DNA of 59,480 nt, the filler included, from Sphacelaria rigidula (Eukaryota), in assembly GCA_964200075.2 (NCBI GenBank). It is 6 parts of 6 records of this genome, joined end to end, with 100 filler letters (N's around TTAATTAATTAA, not from the genome) between each part and the next. Parts side by side here need not be neighbours in the genome. Positions count along the whole stretch, not along the records: positions 29,795 to 39,623 come from CAXNAA020007670.1; positions 39,724 to 49,552 come from CAXNAA020007671.1; positions 49,653 to 59,480 come from CAXNAA020007672.1; 3 more parts are not named here. One strand, given 5' to 3'. Both the position numbers and the translations under genes were made by a program. Below, piece by piece: positions 38,705-49,866 of the stretch (positions within the stretch are counted from its first letter, which is position 1; every line of letters starts with the position of its first letter). Under the pieces are notes generated by a model. The model was not told the DNA's origin. It saw only the letters and a list, made by a program, of their open reading frames with translations, and searched no databases.

Positions 38705-40356
38705 TCACGACTGCTCACCTGCCCCAAATCCTGATTTTTCTCAGAACTTCCTTTAGTCTGAAACCAATTCAAATCGAGTACCAATCGTTGTTTTTGTACA
38801 TTTCTTCAGGTCTACCAGTGTCGCACTACTGGGAAATGCATATATGCATGTGTAGATGCATAAACTTAGACATGTTGAGCGGCTGGACGGCCGATGAAGT
38901 AGCAAACTGGCACTGGTCCGTACAGCGGTGCTCTCTGGATCATGACCATCTGTAGTGCACCGATCGACATACAGTCTGTAGAGCTGCGCTTCATGGCGCA
39001 CGGCCCTTAGCACGCTGCAGCCGCTGCGAGGCGCTGAAACATCGAAACATCGCTCATAGGCTGTGCAAACCATAGTCAACAGTTCCAAGTCGCATTATCT
39101 GGTGCTGTGCTCTGCAGTAGTGCGCACTAGAGAGCAAAACAGTAAGATTTTGTTCCGAAAAAAAAAATCCTTTAGGCGCAGCACTGACTTCACAGGAACA
39201 TCTCTGCGCCGGTACTCCACAGGTTAATATCTGTGAGCTAGCCCGCTGCTTCGGTAAGGGCCTCGCGGAGGAATATTTCGGAAGTGAAACAATTATATAA
39301 CTAATTGATCGCTCTTCCTTCTCAATCGTATCCTCTACTCTCAATCTCATCGTTCTTTGTAATTGGAGTAACTGAATTAGGATTAAAAGAAGCAAAAGAG
39401 CCCTCATCAGTTGCGTTTGTTTGTTCACGTCTATTTATTGTTCGCGGAGGGCAATATATACCTGCTCGATCGAAGCGGACAAAGCGATGACTCGCGCGCT
39501 TTTTCTCCCTTCATTCAACCCATATGTATTATGTACATGTATTATTTCACATTTTCACCACTTTTGCCAAGTTCTCTCTGCCAAACAGCCAATCATCTAT
39601 GTTGAGGATGGTGCTTTTCATTGNNNNNNNNNNNNNNNNNNNNNNNNNNNNNNNNNNNNNNNNNNNNTTAATTAATTAANNNNNNNNNNNNNNNNNNNNN
39701 NNNNNNNNNNNNNNNNNNNNNNNCGGCCCAACTCGTCTGTGCCGATGAGATATTGCTTTTAGAGCTTAAATCCTTTTTTAGGCTGGCCCAGCTCGTAGAG
39801 CCAGGACGTTCCAGATATTTTCTTCCGGTACAAACCTTTGCGCATCGCAATTCATCACAATGCTCCACGTTCTGGCACCAAAGAGGGATAAGAGGCAATT
39901 CGGGGAATAAATTGGCCTATCCCCGGATTTTCGAAACAAATTTGAGCATTCTTCTCCGTGTTCGGCAATGCCGAACTCGACGAACACATTCACAGAGCTC
40001 TAAGCTTTCTGTTTGTTCAGAGCTACCCAACCAAGTGGGATTAGTTTCGACATAATTGTCGCAAAAATTTGGTGTTCGACGGACGTGACCGAGTTGCAAT
40101 GAAACACGTTTGTTGCCCCCCCGCCCCCCCAAAATTCTCGCCAAAATCGACAATGACTACGAGAACGGCAGACGTGGCTCGCAGACAGCAGCGAGCACGA
40201 AACAGAGCAAGCCAAGCAGCGAAAACTTCGCCTAATCTTTCTCGGCAATGACCTTCCACGCCCTGGTCCCTTACGGAGTAGCACCTACGGCGAAGATATC
40301 CACGAGTGGCGGGGGGTGTAAGGGGCGGGGGGGGGGCACGATACAGAGTAGACAAC

Positions 40357-40644
40357 GTTTTCGTGAGATCGAGAGTAGAATGCTGATTGAGAGCGGCTTT
40401 GATCATTCGCTTTAGCAAAGCCAATTTTTCATTCCGCGTCTGCTTTTCTTTGTCTCTATCACTAGCGTGTGCTTACAGCTACACGTCGATATCCTACTCA
40501 GGGATATCAAGGGCCTCAGTGGCGAGCCACCAAATAAAGCATATCGGGCCACACGGAGGTGCATTTCGGAACTGAAACTATTCAGTCACTAACTGACTGC
40601 TTTTCAGTCTCGATCGTATCCTCTACTCTCAATCTCACGAAAAC
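40357..40644. mobile_element. MITE, same family as 5339-5642
   Basis: Shared TIRs and body. Confidence 0.8.
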
Positions 40645-40968
40645 ACTGAGAGTAGTACGTCGAGTATCGGGTGGTACGCACAGTACTGGCACAATCTCTA
40701 AACGCGGTACTTGCAACACCTCTACACACAGTATAGGCAGGACCTCTATGGAGAGTAAGTGCAATCAACAGAACACGCCGAGACAGCAATGAACAGGAAA
40801 ACGCCAAGTGCTTCGTCGGCGGAGAATGCGGCGAAAATAATACCGAATCAAACACAGCGTGGCTGAGTGCAGACAAACACCACGCCACAGCAACAGCCCC
40901 TGGCTCTAGCTCCAGACACATGCGTTGTATCACATAAACTGAACGGCTCTTGACAGACAGTAAAGCAC

Positions 40969-41484
40969 CTGTCTCATCCGTGTTCCATCTATGATCGGTT
41001 GCTCGCTTTTCCTTGTGCACGTAGTCCTCACTGGCCGCATAAAACTCCGGCATTCGATCTTCTTCGTCGGCCGCACCACCCTGTCGGTCTTGTAGATGCG
41101 GTTGCTGCGCTCCCCTAGCCGCGGGTGCCTTCGAAGTAACAAGCCGAGCCATTTTCGACCTGAGCCTACTGTCGGGTCCTATGGCACCGGTCGGTTGTCG
41201 CTCCAGAGTGCCATAGCCGCCTGTTTCAGGCCATCTCTATTCAGGCCCGTTGACGAGCTAAGGCAAATTTTCAGCATATCTTCGAGGGAACTTTCCCCCT
41301 ACCTCGACAGTACAGTACCCGGACCAACCCTGCCAGCTATGCCCACGCTACCACTGACACGCTTCTGAGGCGAACCAATGAAGATTTCAAAGGTCTTTGC
41401 AGTAGCATGGGAGGTCATGCGACCGCTGCGTACCGCTTCTACGGCCTCTGTTGCACGTTCTGGGTCCACCTTTACTCTTTGCAT
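40969..41484 (-). pseudogene. pogo/Tigger-like (Tc1/mariner superfamily) transposase relic
   Basis: HTH_psq-like EAVEAVRSGRMTSHATAKTFEI, CENP-B/Tc5 HTH-like GRKWLGLLLRRHPRLGER, and DDE start WNTDETG. In-frame stops and a frameshift. Candidate TA|CAGTACC terminus at 41704. Confidence 0.8.
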
Positions 41485-42569
41485 GCTTAGCAACCGATCG
41501 ACCGAAAAGCCGATTTTGAAAAATGACACACACGCCCTTATTCACAGTGCTGTGGGATGGTGTTTTCTGATACAAAAGGCACGTGGAGTAGCTCAAACGA
41601 AGCGTCGTGCTCTTGTGCACACGCAGCAAAGAACAGAATGGAAAACAATCAATATTTCGCGGAGTTATGGACGAATAAAAAAAAGAGTACCTTACTTGGT
41701 ACTGTACCCAAATTGGTATGTTTACTCTAATGTAATATTTACCCCGAGCGTGAATACACGATGTGATCTAAACAATCTCAATCTCCGTGACTGACCTATT
41801 TGTTTGCATCGACCGTTCCACAATTAATTGCCCTCACATAAGCCTAGATTGTTTACTTTCGTACCCGTTCCACAAGCCTCAGATCCCGCTACGCTCCGAT
41901 CTTTCACCTTTTCTCATGAAAAATGGCCCTACGGTATGAAGGCCGGATGTTTATGGCAAACAGATTTTTGGCCCACGGATTGTTCACTTTTGGGACCCTG
42001 AACCCACGTTTTGACCCCCAAATAGGGAAAATCGCTTACACACGTCTCGTATACTTTGCATCACCCCACAGAGAGGAGCTTAGCCTACTTTTCAGAATCG
42101 CTTGGCTCCGAGGTTTCGAGATTGGCCGCTGAACAATCAGTCGTGTGCAGTAATCTGTGCTTGCCAGCATCACTCTGCCCAATAATCTGTGGAGATCGCC
42201 ATAAATTTTATTGCACACGGATTATTGTTCAGCGGCCACTCTCGAAACCTTGGATCCAGACGAACCAGCGACCTCGTTTTTGTAGGAACCCAAATATATG
42301 GGGCTTACTGTGCTACCCAAATCTCCGGGGACAGGACATGGAAATGCACACAAGGGCCTATTCGTGAATCGGCATCATTTTCAGCCTTTTCTAAGTGACA
42401 ATTATGCCGATTCTCAAAATGATCCCTGCAACAACCCGAGAAACGTTTTCGCTTAAAAAGTGCAACCCTACCGTAGCATCACTCTCGAAAGGTATCAGCG
42501 TTGCGGCGCGCACACATACAATAGTATAGTACATTACACTGTAGTACGCCTCTCCGACNNNNNNNNNNC

Positions 42570-43500
42570 TCCCTTGCACGTTCTGGGCAGTTCTTAGCTA
42601 CCGAGATCAACTGCCTATATACCGCTTCTTCATCCCTGCCCACTACATACATGTTCACTGCACCCTGCAAGTGATCGCCAGAGGGATACACAGAACTCAT
42701 GACAGTAGATCCTTTTGTCTTTCCACAGCCCACCTCGTTCTAGGGCGTGGTGAAAATGACCACATGGTAGCATGTACACTCCTTCCCGGTTTTCCGGTCG
42801 ACCCTGTGTTGGTGTAATTACTTCGTTCTAGTAGGAAATTGAGACCCAAAAAACCCACCGGAAAACTCGGGAACGGTACAGTATACTGAGTGCTAGTCAT
42901 ATCATACAACCAAGCTCCGACCGCCCTGCACTTGGAAACCTGCGAAGGCTTATCTGGGCCAGGGATAGGGTCCCCACACGATCTTTACAGTGGCATGATA
43001 CCCGCCAACAACCCCAGCACTGGTCGTTCCGGTCTGGTCGATAAATTTCGCCTCGCCGTGATTGGGCAGGTCGCTCGAAGACTTGTTTATTATTATTTCA
43101 CTAACACAGAGTCAACCCTGTGTTAGTGGGGGGTCGGTCCCAAAAGGGTTAATGAACTGTTCGGTCTTGTTTCGAAACAAAATAGTACAGTCTGTGGTGT
43201 TGCCAGATGATATCGCGTAGCTAGCTAGCTAGCTAGCTACCTAACCATATATCCAGCAGACGGTCCACGAGGGAAAGGCAGTGCTGATCCCCTGTCAGGT
43301 CGCTTCTTGTGGACTGAAAAAAATCTGTCTGAAAACTGCCCTTTCGAACCTTTCATCACGGATTATTGGCGGAATACGGGCTTTGACGGATTTGGCCTCC
43401 TCGGAAAGATTTGCTCTATTTTTCATGAGGATTCCAGCACGCTTGTCTGATATTTCGTACTCGCAGTTTTTCTCTTGGCCGGATTCTGGATTTTTTCAGT
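42570..43500 (-). mobile_element. Possible decayed LTR-retrotransposon gag remnant
   Basis: Fragmentary zinc-knuckle-like VAKNCPE near 42580 and a degenerate ORF upstream; weak. Confidence 0.3.
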
Positions 43501-44897
43501 CAGTTTGAAGTATTTGACCACGACAGCCGGTCACCTGCTGACGAGGCATGGATATCTACTCTTTTCATCTTACGATCAACAGAGGTATATCCAACTTTGC
43601 TCTCGGTTTCTTGGTGTATTCGCTGGCTCCTTGTTCTCTTTTTTTCAGTCCGGGTTTGAGATACAACGATTAATAATTTAAACATATTTTCGTGGAGTGT
43701 TTTGATAGATATGACGGTGGTAAATGTTTCTTCCCCAACTATTGTGATGCGTGAACACCAGGTCAACACCCGAATAAACGTCTCTTGAAAATGATCAGTT
43801 GGACTGTATAATAATAGCACGGTAGGTGCAGCCTTGTATACAGGACTATTTCTACCTCACCTGTTTATAGTATGTCCATATTACAGGAGAGTGCGTTCGT
43901 ACTACTGATTCATGTTCAAAAGGTGTAGCCCTGCATGCAGGGCTTCTATAAACTGTTGCTACCAAGGTACACTGACAGTCCAACAAATAGCTCTGCATGC
44001 AGGATGAACAGTGTTTCAGTGAGCTTGAGAGTAGATACTAAACAGTGAAAACGTAAAGCGGCCAATCAATGAATGATTTATTTTAAATCCTAAATGCACT
44101 TCCACCACGCACTACATGCTACCTGTGGTAGCTTGTCCCTGATGCCCTTCACATCCCTCAGTATGATATCGATGTGTCGCTGAGTGCAAACGCCCGTGAT
44201 AGGGGCAAAGAAGAGAACATACGGAATGAATGTTTGCCCAAGTGAAAGCGAATGATCGAAGGTACTTTCAATTGGCGCTCTACTCTCGACTCAAAGCACT
44301 CATGCCGACAACCGATGAACTATATCGATGATCACACTGTGACAAAATACCCCGCCATGAACACGCTTTTGTGGTTCTAGTTCTTGTTTTGAGTTTTGCT
44401 CGATCTTGAGGAGACTTTTGTAGTTCGGGATCGGCATCCCGGGAAATAGAGCCAGTGTGGGCAACTTTCGATGCCCAGAACACGCGCTACCGGTATCACA
44501 TGGCACCCAAACCTCACAGGTAATGAATGTACCGCTTCACCTTCTTTGTGCACTGCAAAATAAAGCGAGGTATAAGATGCTTTGCCGCCGGAGGAAACTC
44601 GGCAAAAGTGGTGAAAAATGCGAAATGATACATGTACATATATATATATATATATATATAGACGAACCCGCATTATTCCGCCGCTGACGGGATTTCAATT
44701 GCACCACGTTAACTTGGACTTCTCTGGCGCTGTGGCAGGCACACATGTTCACATCTTCTCAAGCGATATCGGGAATATGGAATGCCGTTGAAATGTTTTC
44801 ATGATTCATGACTTTTTATCACCTATATAATGTTGTCGTTTCGTATAAACAGCGCAAATCTCTCGAGGCGTACCACTCGTTGTTCGGAGACACTCAG

Positions 44898-44978
44898 GCC
44901 CACACGTACAGCGAGGGCTACGACTACATTTCTCGCCGCGTCCTGAGCCTGCTCATGGACCGCATCGCCTACCACTGA
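44898..44978 (+). CDS. Terminal coding exon of an unidentified gene (AHTYSEGYDYISRRVLSLLMDRIAYH*)
   Basis: CAG acceptor at 44895-44897 (alternative at 44909-44911), strong C/G-ending codon bias, TGA stop, then ~1.4 kb of 3'UTR-like sequence. Confidence 0.6.
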   Translation, partial: AHTYSEGYDYISRRVLSLLMDRIAYH

Positions 44979-45991
44979 TTCCCGGCACGCCGTCGAGGAC
45001 AACACCTGCGGTCAGACCCGCGGTCAAGAGCATAGTGTACGTACCCTCACACGGAAGTGCCTTGTGCATCATATGGATAGCGGATGGCCTTTTTATTTTT
45101 TTCTTCCATTCCTCGGTGGTCGTGAGACACAGGGCAGCTCGGAGTATTAAGGTCAGCGCAGTCGATGTGGATCACTTTCGATCTGTTGGAGAGTCAAGTG
45201 GACTCAACTCTCATAGTCTGACCTGGGTTGGCCTGGCGTGGCCTGATTTGGTTTGGTCTGGTTTTTGTTGGGGGCGCCACGATTTGGGGTGGGTTTCGGC
45301 GGTGGCCGTTGTTCAATGGAATTCCGATGGTTTGCGGTTTCAGGGTAGATTTGTTTTTGTGAATGATGTGGCGAAGAGACGTGAAATCTCCGAGGTTGTG
45401 TATTGAAGGGTACACCTGAAATTCGGGTACGTACACAAAGCGTATAAGGGATCTTTTGTCGACAAATACCCCTGCGAACCATGTTGGATTGTTCGGGACA
45501 AGGCTTCCGGACCAACCGAAATGCTCGGTACAGATTCCGGTATGATTGGGCATGCCCACCAAAATATTCTTGCTTTCCAGTGTATATACCCTATACTGTG
45601 AAACGAACACCTCGGGAATTTCGGATGATTTGGTTTGCAGAACGGGGATTAGATCTAACGTTCAGTCGGGTGGTGTTTTTTTGTCGGCTGACCTGAAATT
45701 TCGATGGATCGACTGTATTGTAGTGCTATCCCTACCGTCAGTGTCGACAGTATCTTCCTGATGTCGGTGGACCGCGGGGGCTGCCGCGGTGTGGATGATA
45801 TCCGGGCTTTGTTTTTAGTGACGCAATAGCGGTGAGCGAATTCGGGGGGTCTGTGTCCGAAGGTTGGATGAACCTTGGTGTGTGTATCATATTCGCATTT
45901 TACATCTTTTTCACCCGTTGTGGTCGCTTTTCGAGCAGTGTTTTACCGGTCTTCGGACGAATAGTTTGTAGTTTGATCTCCATGTTACGGA

Positions 45992-46032
<41 letters not shown>

Positions 46033-47007
46033 TCTGACCGGGATACACAGGAGAGTTGTTTGGCGTGGCCTGGGGTCGGCAGACCCTTCCCCCTTCCTCC
46101 GCTCCTGCTGAAGTATGGATAGACAGTAGAATTTTGTTGCGGGTCAACGGGTCGCCAAAGCACGAGCGCAGCTTGTCGTTCCGCTCTTGTTGTTATCTGT
46201 TGTTTTCCTCATGTGCTTGCGTTGTTGCCTGCCCCAGAAAAAAGAAGCCCTTCTGTTCCGTAGTCTCTGCTCATGTACGTGTGTGTTTTCATTCCATTTA
46301 TTCTGGTCGCGAGTCTATCTTTCGGTTCATGTCGGTACATCAGCCGGGGTCACACAGGCGTTTGTGTGTTTGTGTGTATGTGTGCGTGTTTCATTTTGTG
46401 TACTTTTAGCCGCCGAGAGGGTGTGCATGACAGCATCTTGCTCATGTGGTCTTTCTTGAAAGTTATACAGCTCCTCTCCTCCCTCTTCCTCAACCCCGCC
46501 CCGTCCGTCCCCCCGTCCCCCCTTACAGGGTGGGCGTCGGTTGGCAACGACGCTGTAAAATGGGCCACTCACTGCGCAAGCTATTCAGGCGACCAGATTA
46601 TCGTTTTCTTTTTGGTTTTGGTTTTCTTTTTTCGGCAAACGTGAAGGTGGTCGAGCTAGATCGTATTGCCCAGGGTGGAGGTCCTGAACTCCGGGCAAAC
46701 CGGACGATCGTAGAACGTCGTGTTTTCAATAGCGAGACACCCATGAGGCAGAGTGTAGCCCGTGGAAATAACAGCAGCCTCTGGAAGTGGAAATACCAGC
46801 AAATGAAGCAACTCATTTGAGGTTGTCATCCATATGCAAGATAATCAGTTCGGTTCGGGCCGGACAATCTGAGCAGGATGCAGCTCTCTATTGATACGAC
46901 TGTGCCGAATACATCACGGCGCTTCGCGCTTGGTGATTGAATGCGAGCCTGGTCCAGCGAAAAGCCGGCGTGCTCCGTCCCGGCTTTGTAGGGATNNNNN
47001 NNNNNTG

Positions 47008-47325
47008 TAGGGATGCGAGGTCAATGGTCTCATGACTGTGGCATGCAAGATCATGAGATCCTTCCCCCCAACTCACCCAGTGAATTCTGCAAGGGCTGTT
47101 TTCCTTTTTCCTCATAAAAAATGTTTTTGATCCGAGTTTTTTTGTCTGGCTTCGAGTAAATATGATGGTCGCGGGTCGCGGTTCCAACTGCTGGAGAAGC
47201 ATGTAAAGATGGTTCGGTTTGTGTGTGTGGGAGTAATCATCATCGTCCATGTCATAGTCAGGAAACCATGGTGGGGGGGGGGTATACTCATGATCATGCA
47301 TGCCATGGTCGTAAAACCAATGACA
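47008..47325. mobile_element. TAGGG-type MITE
   Basis: Inverted arms ...gtcaatggtctcatgactgtggcatgcaagatcatgag / ctcatgatcatgcatgccatggtcgtaaaaccaatgac; family shared with 1-47 and 893-945. Confidence 0.6.
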
Positions 47326-48110
47326 TGTTTTTTTTTTTGGGGGGGGGGGGGTACAGGTCGGGAGGCCACCTGCCCTGCTTCGAGGTGAACCATTTCACGG
47401 CCCATGTCCACGTTTGTGAGGCTAGCGAAATTCCAGGAAATAACTCCAGCCCGATATACCAACGTACGTACGCACGCCGTATATGTTTCACATCCGGGGC
47501 AATGACAATTTGATGTCAATGGATGCAATAGATGAATATACTGGGTAAAGTATAGGCATACTGAAACTATTATCGGTGTCTGTTGTAAGTAGCGGTATGG
47601 CCCAGTTCTAGCGCAATGGTTTCGGCTGTAGACATACCGACGTTTATTGTGGGACATACACTGCGAGTGCTGTTCTCTGAACGTGGTCGATGTTCTTCGA
47701 ACTGGTCGATGTTCTTCCTGGTCTCGTTTTTCAGTCATCGAGGTTGTCCAGAAATTAACTGTTTTGGTGTTCAACTTCACCTTACGTATAACATCAGTAG
47801 CTGATTTCACGTGATGATACACCTCAATATTTTTGCCCGTCCGTTTTATATCCTTCATATATTTGGAATAGTGAAAATAGGAAATATGCCTTGCTCTGGG
47901 GTCACCTGTATATTGCCCGTTTGTTCTAGGACTTCGTTTTATAAGTAGGTTTCTCCGGGGCAGGTTGTTGTCGATACAGTAAGCTGGGCTTGAGGTTTGA
48001 GTGGTGCTACGATAGTTGTTGTTGTTGTGGTGGTGGTGGTGGTGGTTGTCTTCGCATGAAAACCGCTCCGATATCTACGCAGCACTCCGTACTGGGGATC
48101 TCATGCGGAC

Positions 48111-48597
48111 TGTGACGGTTCTAGAGACGACCAACTAGACTACTGCCTGGTCAGCATCTATTGAACCGTCACAAAAGTTAGGCGTGGGGGTTCGATCCCC
48201 GTCCCTTTCACTCCGAGGAGGGCGACTCCCCTTGCCAGCACTCTATCGACTGCCAGCAGGATCTCTAGTGTTGTCACTCTCATTCCCTGGAGTTACGTGT
48301 CTCTCCCACTCATTCCCTGGAGTTACGTGTCTCTCCCACTCATTCCCAGAGTGTGTGCACTACGGTCCCTAGCAGTACACTCCAAACATAGCCACCAGGC
48401 CTATACCCCACCCTTTTTCATTTAGCCAATTGTTTACAGAGGTTTTCTCTCCTCTTTTTTTTATAAAGAAAGTGCGTCCGACGGGAATCGAATCAGCGAC
48501 TAACTTTTGTGACGGTTTAAGAGACAACCAACTAGACTACTGACCAGTCAGCGCTGACTGGACAGTGGTCTAGGTGGTTGTCTTTCGAACAGTCACA
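48111..48597. mobile_element. 487-bp TRIM-like element with palindromic TG..CA terminal repeats, 4-bp TSD (GGAC) and convergent tRNA-like A/B boxes
   Basis: GGAC|TGTGAC...GTCACA|GGAC. Terminal repeats at 48111-48173 and 48508-48597. B-boxes at ~48189-48200 (+) and ~48484-48495 (-). Internal 30-bp tandem repeat at 48278-48347. An empty-site homolog lies at ~28885-28930. Confidence 0.8.
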
Positions 48598-49866
48598 GGA
48601 CACGTTCCGTGGTCACCGCTGACTACTGGAGCTCGGAAATGGTTCCAGTTATAACCGGCCACTATCATAATGGTGATAATGGTAATGGTTGTATGAAAAT
48701 GTTGAATAATGGTTTCAAACCATCATTTATCGCTAGCGGCTTTGTAAGCCGTTATCGGCTACGTATTGTACATCGGAGTTTTGAGTCATCCCACGATAGG
48801 GGAGGGGTATTTGGTTGCACGAAAAAAGTGGCTCAAAAGTGTGTCGGGGGCGACCTGCCACACTCGCGGTGCGCTCGTATTTGGTATAAAACGGTGTCGA
48901 TAGGTATGAAAAAGCGTTATTTATCCTTAACAAGCTCGTTCGAGCAACCGTTGCTGCTTTCAACGACGGTTTGACATGGAATTTCGTGCAAGAAGTGGCC
49001 CAAAATACCCCTCCCCCCCCAATCGTAGGAATGACTCTTTTGCTTTCGTTCTTGTAGTGTGTATTATTTCGGGATATCTCTTTGTACGGCGTCGCAGCTA
49101 GCTCGTTTGTCGAAGAGTGCGTTTTATTGCTCTTATCTTTGTCACCTTTTGTTTCGTTTCCTTTTGTTTTCTGTTGCACTTGTTTCTTTCTATGACCACG
49201 GCTGAGTGCGCAGCGAATCAGTGAAAAAATGTTAGAAAATCCACAAATCAATCAACTGAGTGCATCTTGTATAGCTAGCTCCTTGCGATTGTGTACCGTG
49301 CCACCGTCTTCCGACATCAACTCAGCAATCGCTTACTAATTGTCTTTTTGCTGAAGAATTATCCCGCTGTCAACTTCAGGCGGTGGACAGCACACCCATG
49401 GTGCTCTGCCACGTTGCCTATCTTGAGCTCGTGGCCAGCCTTTACCATCGATGGCTCGTACTTGAGTCGAATCATCCTGCGATAGCGGGGGGGTTATTTT
49501 GGGCCATTTGTTGCTCGAAGTTTCGAGTCAGATCGTCGTTGAAAGCAGCAACNNNNNNNNNNNNNNNNNNNNNNNNNNNNNNNNNNNNNNNNNNNNTTAA
49601 TTAATTAANNNNNNNNNNNNNNNNNNNNNNNNNNNNNNNNNNNNNNNNNNNNTTTAGAAAAGGACGGCGAATGCCGTTCATCAGGAATATTTTTCATGGC
49701 AAAGGCGGTTGGGGGGACCGATACTCGTGACTTGAGACAATAAGCAAATTTCAAGGGTTCGAAGGTTTCGCCTTGACAGATGTTCACGTTGAAAAATATC
49801 TCAGATCCGTCGACAGATGACCCGACAGGGGCGATCATAAATCATGGCACAAGGATTTCCTCTTAC

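Noticed and set aside
47112-47858. 248-aa minus-strand ORF
   Set aside because: It overlaps a MITE and homopolymer runs and has no recognisable domain or codon bias.
48440-48555. Functional tRNA gene
   Set aside because: A and B boxes are present, but I could not form acceptor and anticodon stems; it is part of a TSD-flanked element.
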